A DNA stretch of 64,000 nt. Source: an uncultured bacterium. Its GTDB lineage: Bacteria; RBG-13-66-14. Both the position numbers and the translations under genes were made by a program. How positions within the stretch are numbered: position 1 is the first letter of the stretch; every line of letters starts with the position of its first letter. Shown piece by piece: positions 38,585-48,541 of the stretch. The DNA is taken from contig CAZNZF010000002.1 in assembly GCA_964577465.1 (NCBI GenBank), positions 1,336 to 65,335 on the forward strand. Reading direction: 5' to 3'. Under the pieces are notes generated by a model. It was not told the DNA's origin. It was given only the letters and a program-made list of their open reading frames with translations, and did not search any database.

Positions 38585-39082
38585 TCAACCTTTTTTCAGC
38601 AGCAGCTCCAGGTCCGCCAGGACGGATTCCAGGTCGTCCTCGTGCTCGACCTCGTCGGCGAGGATGCCGAGCAGCATGTGGTAGGTTATGGGGTCGGCGT
38701 CCTTGACCAGGGCGGTGAGCTTCTGATAAACGCCGATGGCGCATCGTTCGCCCTCTATGTTCTGCTCCAGGATTTTGCGGACGAACGGGTCGGCCGGGGG
38801 GTCGTAGCCGCAGTTGGTGATTTTGTACCACTCCTCGGGCTTGAGCACCGGCGTGCCGCCGAGCTGGAGGATGCGGTCGGCGATGAGCCCGGCGTGCCGG
38901 AGCTCGTCGTCGGCGTGCTCGATGAGCTCGTCCATGGCCGCCTCCCGCAGGGGACCCTGGACTACCTTCGCCCCGAGCCAGTACTGGTAGTAGGCCAGCC
39001 ACTCGTCGGCCAGGGCGCGGTTCAGTTCCCCGATGAGCTTGGGAACGTCCATGCCGACTATCTCGGTGCCTTTTTTACCCAT
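38585..39082 (-). CDS. Bacterioferritin-like diiron protein (paralog)
   Basis: LNRALADEWLAYYQYWL...DELIEHADDELRHAGLIADRILQLGG...ILADEVEHEDDLE closely parallels bacterioferritin motifs. Confidence 0.7.
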   Translation of the reverse strand: MGKKGTEIVGMDVPKLIGELNRALADEWLAYYQYWLGAKVVQGPLREAAMDELIEHADDELRHAGLIADRILQLGGTPVLKPEEWYKITNCGYDPPADPFVRKILEQNIEGERCAIGVYQKLTALVKDADPITYHMLLGILADEVEHEDDLESVLADLELLLKKG

Positions 39083-39154
39083 AGCGACTCCTTTTTTCTA
39101 TTGGGTTTTCCTGCGGATGAAAAACGGGCGCTGCTCGCCGTCGCGCGGTTCCGG

Positions 39155-40807
39155 TCAGGCGTCCAGCATCGGCATCTTTATGCCGAATTTTTTCGCGTTT
39201 TCGATGGCCCGGGGGTAGCCGGCGTCGGCGTGGCGGACGATGCCGAGGCCGGGGTCCGTGGTCAGCACGCGGGACAGGCGCTCGTCCATTCCCGGCGTGC
39301 CGTCGGCGACGATGACCATGCCGGCGTGCTGCGAGTAGCCCATGCCCACCCCGCCGCCGTGGTGGACGCTGACCCAACTCGCCCCGCCCACGGCGTTTAA
39401 GAGGGCGTTCAGGAAGGCCCAGTCGCTCACGGCGTCGGAGCCGTCGGCCATGCCCTCGGTCTCGCGGTTGGGGCTGGCCACGGAGCCGCAGTCCAGGTGG
39501 TCGCGGCCGATGACGATTGGGGCCTTCAATCGGCCGTCGCGCACCATGTGGTTGATTTCCAGGCCGAATTTTTCGCGGTCGCCGTAGCCCAGCCAGCAGA
39601 TGCGGCAGGGCAGCCCCTGGAAGCGGACCTTCTCCCGCGCCTTTTTTATCCAGCGGGCCAGGGCCTCGTCCTCCGGGAAGAGGCGCAGGACCGCCTCGTC
39701 GGTGGCGTGGATGTCGGCGGGGTCGCCGGAGAGCGCGGCCCAGCGGAAGGGGCCCTTGCCGTCGCAGAACAGCGGTCGGATGTAGAGCGGGACGAAGCCC
39801 TGGATGTTGAAGGCGTCGGGCGCGCCGCGGTCCACCGTCTGGCCGCGGATGTTGTTGCCGTAGTCGAAGGCTACAGCTCCCGCTTTCTGCATCGCCAGCA
39901 GGGCGTTCATGTGGACGACCATAGCCGCCAGAGAACGTTTCTTGTACTCCTCCGGGTTTTTCTTCCGCAAGGTCTGGGCCTCCGCGAGCGGCATCCCGTT
40001 GGGGACGTAGCCCGAGAGCTCGTCGTGGGCTGAGGTCTGGTCGGTGAGCACGTCCGGCGTGACCCCGCGGCGGACCAGCTCCGGGTGTACGTCGGCGCAG
40101 TTGCCCACCAAGCCGATGGAGAGGGGCTCGCCCTTTTCGGTGAACTCCTCCACCAGCCGCAGCGCCTCGTCCAAATCGGTGACCATGCGGTCGCAGTAGC
40201 CGGTGGCCAGGCGCTTTTCGATTCTGGCCGGGTCCACCTCCACGTCCAGGCAGACCCCGTCGTTCATGGTGACCGCCAGGGGCTGGGCGCCGGACATGCC
40301 GCCCATGCCGCCGGTCAGGACCCATCTCCCCTTGAACGAACCGCCGAAGTGCCGGCGGGCCAGCTCGGCCAGTGTCTCGTAGGTCCCCTGGAGGATGCCC
40401 TGGGTGCCGATGTATATCCAGGAGCCGGCGGTCATCTGGCCGTACATCATGAGGCCCTTGGCCTCCAGCTCGTAAAAATGCTCCCACGTCGCCCACCGGG
40501 GCACGAGGTTGGAGTTGGCCAACAGGACGCGGGGAGCCTCCTCGTGGGTGGTGAAGACGCCCACCGGCTTGCCCGACTGGACGAGGAGCGTTTCGTCGTT
40601 CCCCAGGGTGCGCAGGGTCTTCAGTATCGCCTCCAGGGACTCCCAGTTCCGCGCCGCCTTGCCCGAGCCGCCGTAGACGATGAGGTTGGCCGGGTCCTCG
40701 GCCACGGCGGGGTCCAGGTTGTTCTGGAGCATCCGGTAGGCGGCCTCCTGGTGCCAGCCCCGGCAGTTGAGCTTGGTGCCCGTGGGGGCGTGCAGTTCGC
40801 GCGGCAT
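39155..40807 (-). CDS. hutU: Urocanate hydratase
   Basis: 550 aa. Highly conserved urocanase sequence ([38 protein letters not shown]). Confidence 0.9.
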   Translation of the reverse strand: MPRELHAPTGTKLNCRGWHQEAAYRMLQNNLDPAVAEDPANLIVYGGSGKAARNWESLEAILKTLRTLGNDETLLVQSGKPVGVFTTHEEAPRVLLANSNLVPRWATWEHFYELEAKGLMMYGQMTAGSWIYIGTQGILQGTYETLAELARRHFGGSFKGRWVLTGGMGGMSGAQPLAVTMNDGVCLDVEVDPARIEKRLATGYCDRMVTDLDEALRLVEEFTEKGEPLSIGLVGNCADVHPELVRRGVTPDVLTDQTSAHDELSGYVPNGMPLAEAQTLRKKNPEEYKKRSLAAMVVHMNALLAMQKAGAVAFDYGNNIRGQTVDRGAPDAFNIQGFVPLYIRPLFCDGKGPFRWAALSGDPADIHATDEAVLRLFPEDEALARWIKKAREKVRFQGLPCRICWLGYGDREKFGLEINHMVRDGRLKAPIVIGRDHLDCGSVASPNRETEGMADGSDAVSDWAFLNALLNAVGGASWVSVHHGGGVGMGYSQHAGMVIVADGTPGMDERLSRVLTTDPGLGIVRHADAGYPRAIENAKKFGIKMPMLDA

Positions 40808-41106
40808 GTTCCGTCCTCGGTTGAGGTTTGACGGCGGCGGTACGACCGACCCTCAAAATAGCACAGAGCCGGTCCCGTCTCAAGGGCTAAAGGGCCGCTC
40901 CGATTCGGGAATCCGGCTTTTTTTTATCGTTTCAGGGAAGGGCGGTGTCTCGAATCGCCGGGTTTTCCTCCCCGGTAAAACCCATTTGTGATAGTATAAA
41001 GCACAGTCGGATTGAGCCGGACTGCCGCTCGCAGAAAGGCGCCCCGGCCGGGACGCGGAAAAAGAAGGCGCCGACTACGACTACCGTCCAGGCGGTGAGG
41101 TGAGGC

Positions 41107-42762
41107 GTGGCTGAAACCGGTACCCTGACGGACGGCGTGAAGCGCGACCGGATTTTCTGGTGGGCGCTGTTGGCCCTGGAGGTTTTTTTCTGCGTCGTCA
41201 TCCTGGGCGACCTGAGCAACTACACCATCGATGACGGCTACATCTATCTGAACGGCGCCCGGCAACTGGCCCGGGGTGAGCTGCCCAACATGACGCCGGG
41301 CGAGGCCCCGACCGACGCCTGGGGCAGTTACCTGTGGCTTTTAATGCTCACCCCCGCGTACCTGTTGGGAGCGAATCCCCTGTTCTGGGCCAAGGCGCTG
41401 GGGTTCCTGTTCCTCCTCGGCGGGGTGTGGTGGATTTCGCTGCTTTTCAGGCTCTGGCGTCCGGCGATGAGCCGCTTGGAGTCACTGGCGCTGGCCGGTT
41501 TGGTGCTGGCCTTCGTCCCGGCGGTTTACGGGTCGGTCAACGTCCTGGAAACCGGGTTCCACCTCTTCGCCCTCCTCACGGCGCTTTACCTGTTGGTGCG
41601 CGATGTCGCGAGGAAGAGGCCCGGCCTGCCGTTCGGCCTCTCGTTGAGCCTTCTGCTCGTCAGCCGCCCCGACGCCTTCATCGAGGTAATCCTCTTTCTG
41701 GCAAGCTATCTCTGGCTGTCACTCCGGCGCGAGTCGCCCTTCATCAGGCGTGACGTGTGGCGACCGTTTCCCGGCCTCGTTCCCGGCATTCTGTTCTGGG
41801 CGGCGATAGTATTAATTTACGGCACCCTCCTGCCCACCAGCGCGCTGGCGAAGACGCCGGCTTTATCCTTCCTCCTGTCGTTTGTATGGCTGCGCAATTT
41901 CGAAGGTGCCATCGTGGAGATGGCATACACGCCCGTCCTGGCACCCGCCATCATCGGCGCCTTCGTGTTCATTTTCCGCCGGAGGGGTGAGAAGCCGATC
42001 CCGCCCATCCGCTTCCTCCTCGCCGCCATCATCCTCTGGGGGCTGGCGGAGATGATGGTGATAATGGACTGGACCATGGTGAACCGGCTGTGGGTCAGCA
42101 AGGGGGTGATGGCCATAGCCTGTTCGACGCTGCTGCTGTACGATCTGGTCGAGAAGCTGCATTCCCGGTTCATCGCCGCCACGCTTTTCTGCATCGGGCT
42201 GATGGGGGGCCTGTGGGGGTGGCGGTTCCACGTGTTCAACTACTTCGACAAGACCCACTGTCCGGCCCGGGTGATGGGAGAGCTCATCAATGAGCTGAAG
42301 CTGCCCGATTCCTGGCTGGCGACGCCCGACATGGGTATATTGCCGTACCGGGGCGACATCCCGACCGTGGATACCTGCCTGTCCCCGGTGTGCAGCCGAT
42401 ACATGCTCGAACACCCGGAAGATGTGGATTACGTCTGGTCGCACAAGGTGGATTTCGTGGTGATCTGTTCGATCTACATGAATCCGGCGGAGGCGGGGGG
42501 CGTTCGCTTCGGTATTCCCGACTTCATGTACAAGAGTGATTACTTCGTCGAGCACTTCCGGCCGGTGATGGTGGCGGAGGGGGCCGTGCCCTTGACCCTG
42601 GACTATTATTGTGAAAACCTGGGGCACTACTTCCACCTCTACGTTTCCGACCGCATCGACTACGATGCGCCGGCCCCCGTGCCCGTTTACCTGCGCGGGT
42701 TGGCGGCGCTACCGGTGCATTACCCGTATCTCAATCTTGTCATAGGGGATTGGATGCGGTAG
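41107..42762 (+). CDS. Polytopic membrane protein, GT-C glycosyltransferase-like architecture (paralog 1 of 3)
   Basis: ~13 TM helices. Conserved first-loop motif DDGYIYLNGARQLARGELP. C-terminal ~165 aa soluble domain (DSWLATPDMGILPY...VWSHKVDFVV...YFHLYVSDRI). Confidence 0.6.
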   Translation: MAETGTLTDGVKRDRIFWWALLALEVFFCVVILGDLSNYTIDDGYIYLNGARQLARGELPNMTPGEAPTDAWGSYLWLLMLTPAYLLGANPLFWAKALGFLFLLGGVWWISLLFRLWRPAMSRLESLALAGLVLAFVPAVYGSVNVLETGFHLFALLTALYLLVRDVARKRPGLPFGLSLSLLLVSRPDAFIEVILFLASYLWLSLRRESPFIRRDVWRPFPGLVPGILFWAAIVLIYGTLLPTSALAKTPALSFLLSFVWLRNFEGAIVEMAYTPVLAPAIIGAFVFIFRRRGEKPIPPIRFLLAAIILWGLAEMMVIMDWTMVNRLWVSKGVMAIACSTLLLYDLVEKLHSRFIAATLFCIGLMGGLWGWRFHVFNYFDKTHCPARVMGELINELKLPDSWLATPDMGILPYRGDIPTVDTCLSPVCSRYMLEHPEDVDYVWSHKVDFVVICSIYMNPAEAGGVRFGIPDFMYKSDYFVEHFRPVMVAEGAVPLTLDYYCENLGHYFHLYVSDRIDYDAPAPVPVYLRGLAALPVHYPYLNLVIGDWMR

Positions 42763-42848
42763 GTACTTGCGGGGGACCGTCTTTATTAAGAGCGACGACG
42801 GCAGAGCGGATCGAGCCATAAAAAATCGAACTTTTTTCACGACTCTCC

Positions 42849-42877
42849 TTGCCAATAAGCGAATCTTGGACTATATT
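42849..42877 (+). promoter_or_regulatory. Sigma70-like promoter (TTGCCA-17-TATATT) for secreted protein gene
   Basis: TTGCCA at 42849-42854, 17-nt spacer, TATATT at 42872-42877. AAGGAGG RBS precedes the ATG at 42909. Confidence 0.45.
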
Positions 42878-42908
42878 ATCGCCGTAGCGTTTGCGATAAA
42901 GGAGGCTC

Positions 42909-43487
42909 ATGTACCGTCATATTCTGCTGATATTAATCGTGTTTGCATCGTTCGCCTCCGCCGAGGTCCTCTTTTTCGAGGATTTTTCCGACGGCGGAAT
43001 GCCCGGCTGGACCCAGGACCCCGGTGAAATAGGACAACGCTGGATAGTCAGCTCACAGCACTTCTTCAGCGGTCCCTTCGGCGTTATTTGCGAAAAGGGT
43101 CGGGACCAGGATGAGCGGCTGATTTCACCAGGCATCTGCCTCACATCGGACGTGGTAATCGACTTCTACTGGGCCACGAGCTACACCTGGTTCGTTTCCC
43201 CCCACGACAACGGGGACTACAGCCTGGAGATTCGCGAGGCCGGTGGACCGGGCGAGTGGTCGGAAATCTGGAACGAGGCGGAGTTCGGGTCGTTCGAAAA
43301 CTGGGTGTGGAACGAAACCAAGGTCGGGATTGGCGGTTACTGGGACGGCCACGACGTTCAGTTCGCATGGCGTGTCGTCTCCGACAAGGCCGCCGACGTT
43401 TGGCTCGACACGATTACGGTTACCGCCGGTGATTCTTCGGACGTCCAGGAGACGAGCTTCGGGGTCATCAAGGCCACCTTTCGCTGA
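42909..43487 (+). CDS. Small secreted protein of unknown function
   Basis: Signal peptide MYRHILLILIVFASFASA. 192 aa, Trp/Asp-rich. Own promoter and RBS. Terminator at 43503-43531. Confidence 0.55.
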   Translation: MYRHILLILIVFASFASAEVLFFEDFSDGGMPGWTQDPGEIGQRWIVSSQHFFSGPFGVICEKGRDQDERLISPGICLTSDVVIDFYWATSYTWFVSPHDNGDYSLEIREAGGPGEWSEIWNEAEFGSFENWVWNETKVGIGGYWDGHDVQFAWRVVSDKAADVWLDTITVTAGDSSDVQETSFGVIKATFR

Positions 43488-43502
43488 TTTGGGTTCTCTC
43501 AC

Positions 43503-43531
43503 GAGGGCGGCTTCCGGCCGCCCTTTTTTTT
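43503..43531 (+). terminator. Rho-independent terminator
   Basis: GAGGGCGGCTTCCGGCCGCCC followed by a T8 run. Confidence 0.6.
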
Positions 43532-43641
43532 CGATTCCACCGCGGTCCGTCCCGATTCACCCGGGCTCGGTCCCGGCGTGGTAAGATATATCCCTTGCTT
43601 GGACCGGACGACGTTTTCACGGAAGACCCGCGAGGCTGACG

Positions 43642-45420
43642 ATGGCCGCTGTTGAAGCCGAATTGACGGACCGGACTAGGGGGACCCGGTATCTCACCTG
43701 GGGCCTCATCGCCCTCGAACTCGTCCTGTGCGCCTTCATCGTCTGGGACCTGTCCGGATACACCCCCGACGACGTCTACATCTACCTGAACGGGGCCCGT
43801 CAACTGGCCGGCGGTCGACTACCGAGCATGACGCCGGGCGAGGTCCCCACCAACGCCTGGTCCAGCCTTTTGTGGGTGGGGCTTGTCACGCCGGCCTACT
43901 GGCTCGGCGTCGACGCCCTGGTCTGGGCCAAGGTGCTCGGTTTCATCCTGCTCCTGGGAATCGTCTGGCAGATTGCGCGGATAATCGGGCTCTTCCACCC
44001 CAAGCTCGACCAGGCGACCGTCTGGGCCGTCGCCGGGCTGGCGCTCACCTACATGCCGCTGGTCTTTTGGGCCACGAGCGGCATGGAGACTATTTTCTAC
44101 GTCTTCAGCCTGGTGTTGGTCTTCCGCCTGCTCCTGAGGGACACTTCGCAGAAACGGCTGTCCGTGGGCCTGGGGCTCGCCCTGTCGGTGCACCTGGTCA
44201 CCCGGCCCGACGCCTTTATCAACGTGGCCCTCGTGCTGATGCTCCTGGTGGTTCTCGTGTTGAATCCCCGGCGGACCTATTCCTGGTCGGGTCTTGTGCG
44301 CCCCGCCCTCGGTCTGCTTCCGGGAATCGTGCTGTTCCTCCTGCCCGGCCTCTTCTACCCGACCGTACTTCCGACCAGCGCCCTGGCGAAGGCCGGCGTT
44401 ATAGGCCCCCTCTTCAATGACCAATTCTGGTGGAACTTCCGCGAACTGGTCCTGAACTTTTCGCTCACGCCGGGAAATATTTTCATCTTAGCCGGGATGC
44501 TTATATTTTTATTCTGGCGCCGCCAGCGGGGTGACCTGAGCTGCGGCTGGGAGATGCGGGTCTTCGTAGTCCTGTTGGTCGCGATGCACCTGGGCGAAAG
44601 GGTGCTGGTGAGTGACTGGATGGCGGTTCAGCGCCTGTGGCTGGAATCGGCGGTAATCGCGCTCGTCGTTTGTCTTTTGGCGTTCATCCGTCTGATGGAA
44701 AAGAAAAAATATCTCTTGATATCCGCCATTATTCTGTGCGGCAGCCTGGCGGCGGGGCTGCTCGGTTGGCGGATGTTTATCTTCGACTTTTTCCACCACC
44801 CCGGCAATCCCGCCGAGGTGATGGCGCAGTTCGTGGGCGAGCTGAAGAGGGACGACTCGTGGATGATCACCACCGATATGGGTGTCGTGCCCTATTTCGC
44901 CGAAATCAATACGATAGACGCCGAAGCCGTTCCCATATGCAACTATCACCTCATGAAAATGCCGAATGACCTCGCCTACGTGTGGAGTCATCAGATTGAT
45001 TTCATCGTCGTCACCTCTCCCTGCCTGACTGCGCCCCGACCGGAAGCTACCCAGTACCGCCTGGTGAGGGACATAATGAGCCAGAGGTACTTTCGGGACA
45101 ACTACCGCCACGTGTTGAGCGCCGTGTGGGCCTCACCGTTCAATCACGGGCACGGGACCCTGCGGTCGTATCCGGGCAGGTACTACCACCTGTTCGTCTC
45201 GAATCGGATTGAATGCGACCTGCCCAGCCCCCCGATCCTGTTGATGAAGGATATTTACCACACGCGACCCATTGCCGCGGAAGTCGTCCTGCCCGTGGAG
45301 CTCCCACCGGCGTACACCGAAAACGGCGTCGTTCCCGCCGTCCCCGACGAGCCGCTGCCCGGGTATTTTGTCCCGTCGAATCCGGGAACCGACCGTCCCG
45401 GTGACTCCGCCTCTCCTTGA
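43642..45420 (+). CDS. Polytopic membrane protein, GT-C glycosyltransferase-like architecture (paralog 2 of 3)
   Basis: DDVYIYLNGARQLAGGRLP; LVTRPDAFI; YPTVLPTSALAK; DSWMITTDMGVVPY...VWSHQIDFIVV...YHLFVSNRI. Confidence 0.6.
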   Translation: MAAVEAELTDRTRGTRYLTWGLIALELVLCAFIVWDLSGYTPDDVYIYLNGARQLAGGRLPSMTPGEVPTNAWSSLLWVGLVTPAYWLGVDALVWAKVLGFILLLGIVWQIARIIGLFHPKLDQATVWAVAGLALTYMPLVFWATSGMETIFYVFSLVLVFRLLLRDTSQKRLSVGLGLALSVHLVTRPDAFINVALVLMLLVVLVLNPRRTYSWSGLVRPALGLLPGIVLFLLPGLFYPTVLPTSALAKAGVIGPLFNDQFWWNFRELVLNFSLTPGNIFILAGMLIFLFWRRQRGDLSCGWEMRVFVVLLVAMHLGERVLVSDWMAVQRLWLESAVIALVVCLLAFIRLMEKKKYLLISAIILCGSLAAGLLGWRMFIFDFFHHPGNPAEVMAQFVGELKRDDSWMITTDMGVVPYFAEINTIDAEAVPICNYHLMKMPNDLAYVWSHQIDFIVVTSPCLTAPRPEATQYRLVRDIMSQRYFRDNYRHVLSAVWASPFNHGHGTLRSYPGRYYHLFVSNRIECDLPSPPILLMKDIYHTRPIAAEVVLPVELPPAYTENGVVPAVPDEPLPGYFVPSNPGTDRPGDSASP

Positions 45421-45607
45421 GAGCGTGCCGCCCGGCGGCGCGCGATGACCGGCGGGGTTGGGCGGAGGCCGCTTGCCGACGAATCGAGCCCGAGGGCGGG
45501 ATCTGCAGCCCTTTATTCGCGGCTCCTTCAACAACGGGATGGACCGCCTCTTTTGGGCGTGTTCTAACGTGTTACAATTACCGGAGTGTCCACGCGGGAG
45601 ACGGAAA

Positions 45608-47242
45608 GTGCGTCTACTGTCCGCGGTCCGGGAAATCCGGGGCATCTGGTGGCTGGTCATCGCCGTGGAAATCGGCCTGGCCCTCGTCGTAATTTACGAG
45701 CTGGGGGCCTACTCCTTCGACGACGCCTACATCTACCTCTCGGGGGCGCGGCAGCTTTCGCGGGGCGAGTTGCCCAACCCGAGCGCCGGCGACGGAAAGC
45801 TCCCCACCAATTCCTTCTCCAGCCATCTATGGCTTCTTCTGCTGGCCCCCGCCTTCTGGCTCGGCATCCAACCGCTGGTCTGGGCCAAGGCGCTGGGCTT
45901 CCTGTTTCTCCTCCTGTCGGTGTTCCAGGCCGCGGGGATTCTGCGCCGACTGCGACCCACGTTCTCCCACGGTTCATCCCTCGCCCTGGCCGGGGTCTTC
46001 CTCGTCTTCACCACGTCGCTCCTCGGTTCGGTGAACGGCCTCGAGACGGCGCTGAACCTCTTCTCCATCCTCCTTCTGCTCCGCTTCGCGCTCCGGGATT
46101 TCCTGCGCGACAAGCTCAGCACGGCCCTGGGCCTGGCCGCCGGGTTGCACCTGGTCACCCGGCCGGACGCCTTCATCGACCTCGTCGTGCTGGGGATCGT
46201 CGTCGGCTGGTGCTGGGCGTCGAAGCGGTCGGGCATCGGCTGGCGCGACGTGCTGCGGGTCAAGCTGGGAGCGCTTCCCGGCCTGGTTTTCTTCGTCGCC
46301 GTGGCGCTCGTCTACTGGCAGATTCTGCCCACCAGCGCCGGGGTGAAGGTTCCCGCGTTGGAGGTGATGTTCAGTCTCTGGGGCTTCAAGGAGGGCTTTC
46401 TCCGGGTCTTTTGGGATTTTATCCGCACGCCCGGCCTCGCCCTGGTTTATGCCGGTTTCATCTACTTCCTGGTCCGGCGCAGGAAGGGGGGGGAGGACGG
46501 GAGTGGTGCGGAACGGACTCCACGGCTGACCACCCCTCTCCGGCTGCTCCTCGTCGGGCTGGCCCTGGACCACCTCGGCGTCCTGTTCTTTGCCGGCGAC
46601 CCCATCGGAGTGGGCCGCCTGTGGCTCCCCTCGGCCGCCACGGCCCTGGTTTGCACCCTGGCAGTGCTTCCCGCGTTCTTCCACCGGCGCCGGGGGCTGG
46701 CCGTCGGCACCCTCCTGCTCGGTTTCACCCTCTGGGCCGGATTTCTGGGCTGGTGGTCCTACGTGGTTTACCACTACAACCACCCCGGCTCGCCCGCGGA
46801 GCGGCTTGGGGAGTTCATCGCCGAGACGAAGCTCCCCGACTCCTGGCTGGTGACCATGGACATGGGGGTCGTGCCCTACTTCGGGGACCTTCCGACCATA
46901 GATTCCCACGACCGCCCCAAGTGCAACCGGTACCGGACGGCGAATCCCGGTGACCTGGACTACATCTGGCAAAAACCGGTGGACTTCGTGGTCCTCATCA
47001 CCCAGACGCCCGAGCCGGAAACGGGCTTCATCTACCACGGCGTCAATCAACATCTCTCCGCCGACGAGTGGTTCGACCGCTTCCGGGAGGTGCTGGTCGC
47101 GGAGTGGCGTCCGCCGGTGAATCTCGATTCTCTCCTGAGCAACGCCGGTCGCTACTTCCACCTCTACGTCTCGGATAGAATCCGGTGCGGAATCGAGGAG
47201 CCGATTCTGCTGCTGCGCGGCATTCCCGAATCGGGGCTGTGA
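45608..47242 (+). CDS. Polytopic membrane protein, GT-C glycosyltransferase-like architecture (paralog 3 of 3; alternative ATG start at 45539)
   Basis: DDAYIYLSGARQLSRGELP; LVTRPDAFI; ILPTSAGVK; DSWLVTMDMGVVPY...IWQKPVDFVV...YFHLYVSDRI. The GTG start was chosen by alignment to the paralogs. Confidence 0.55.
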   Translation: MRLLSAVREIRGIWWLVIAVEIGLALVVIYELGAYSFDDAYIYLSGARQLSRGELPNPSAGDGKLPTNSFSSHLWLLLLAPAFWLGIQPLVWAKALGFLFLLLSVFQAAGILRRLRPTFSHGSSLALAGVFLVFTTSLLGSVNGLETALNLFSILLLLRFALRDFLRDKLSTALGLAAGLHLVTRPDAFIDLVVLGIVVGWCWASKRSGIGWRDVLRVKLGALPGLVFFVAVALVYWQILPTSAGVKVPALEVMFSLWGFKEGFLRVFWDFIRTPGLALVYAGFIYFLVRRRKGGEDGSGAERTPRLTTPLRLLLVGLALDHLGVLFFAGDPIGVGRLWLPSAATALVCTLAVLPAFFHRRRGLAVGTLLLGFTLWAGFLGWWSYVVYHYNHPGSPAERLGEFIAETKLPDSWLVTMDMGVVPYFGDLPTIDSHDRPKCNRYRTANPGDLDYIWQKPVDFVVLITQTPEPETGFIYHGVNQHLSADEWFDRFREVLVAEWRPPVNLDSLLSNAGRYFHLYVSDRIRCGIEEPILLLRGIPESGL

Positions 47243-47333
47243 TTTAGGTCTTGCGGACGGGCATCCGGCGTTGCGTCGGGCGGCGGGGGTTAAATTTTAT
47301 TAAATACACGCGGATTTAAGGACGGATTGCCCG

Positions 47334-48518
47334 ATGCGCCGCTGGCTCATCCTGGTCGTCGTGGTGCTGGTCCAGCTCTGCATCGGCGGGATTTACGCCT
47401 GGAGCAACCTGGCGCGAGCCCTGACCGACGAGTACGGCCTCTTCGAGTGGCAGGCCCAGCTCATCTTCGGGGTGAACATCGCGGTCTTCGCCCTGACGAT
47501 GCTCTTCGCGGGACCGCTACTGGATCGGCGGGGTCCGAGGACGCCCATCCTGATCGGAGGCATTCTATTCGCGGCCGGCCTCTTGGTGGCGTCCTTCTCC
47601 CAGGGGTCCTTCATCGTGCTCCTGGTCGGGTATGGCGTAATAGCCGGCGCGGGCATCGGGTTCGTTTACCTCTGCCCGATTTCAACGGCGGGGCGTTGGT
47701 TCCCCAAGCGTAAGGGGTTGGTGACCGGCGTGGCCGTCGCCGGTTTCGGAGGGGGGGCCGTCATCCTGTCGGGCCTCATCGAGGTTCTCCTGGATTCCGG
47801 TCTCAGCCCCCTGGACATCTTCCTCTGGATTGGAATTATCTACGGCGCCGTTATCCTGTCAGGCGGATTCGTGCTGGCCAACCCGCCGGACAGCCCGCCG
47901 CCGCCGGCACGTCACGAAATCCCCCGCGTCCGGCGCGACCCGCGGTTCTGGCGTCTCTTCGGGACCATGTTCGCCGGGACCTTCGCGGGCTTGCTGATAA
48001 TCGGCAATCTCAAACGTATGGGGCTTTCCGGCGGCGCGGAGGAGATCATCGCGGCCTCGTCCGTCGGCGCCCTGGCGGTGGGTAACGCGATGGGCCGCAT
48101 CGGCTGGGGGTTCATCGCCGACCGATTCGGCCGGAGGTTGGCCAGTGTGCTCTCCCTGTCGCTGCTGGCCGTTTCCATCCTCTTGCTGCTGCCCACCGCC
48201 GGAGCGGGGTGGGCGTTCCTTCTGGTTGCGGCTTGCGTGGGCTTCAACTTCGGCGCGGCCATGGTCCTCTACGCCACGCAGACCTCCGATGTTTATCGAC
48301 CGGTGAATTTCGGGCGCATATATGCCTTCGTATCGCTGTCCTACGGCCTTTCCGGCACGACGGGCCCCTTCGTCGGGGGGCTGGTTTACGATCTTACCGG
48401 CGGGTATTGGCCGGCGGTCATGATCGCGGCCGCCATCGCCCTGGGGGGTGCCCTGTATTACGCCGCCATGGGGCGGGGAATCCACAGGCTTGCCCTGGAC
48501 GAATCCGCGGTGGATTGA
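47334..48518 (+). CDS. MFS transporter (OFA-like)
   Basis: 12 TM helices. GPLLDRRGPR loop. Confidence 0.8.
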   Translation: MRRWLILVVVVLVQLCIGGIYAWSNLARALTDEYGLFEWQAQLIFGVNIAVFALTMLFAGPLLDRRGPRTPILIGGILFAAGLLVASFSQGSFIVLLVGYGVIAGAGIGFVYLCPISTAGRWFPKRKGLVTGVAVAGFGGGAVILSGLIEVLLDSGLSPLDIFLWIGIIYGAVILSGGFVLANPPDSPPPPARHEIPRVRRDPRFWRLFGTMFAGTFAGLLIIGNLKRMGLSGGAEEIIAASSVGALAVGNAMGRIGWGFIADRFGRRLASVLSLSLLAVSILLLLPTAGAGWAFLLVAACVGFNFGAAMVLYATQTSDVYRPVNFGRIYAFVSLSYGLSGTTGPFVGGLVYDLTGGYWPAVMIAAAIALGGALYYAAMGRGIHRLALDESAVD

Positions 48519-48541
48519 GTCGCCGGGGGGGTGCTTTGGAT

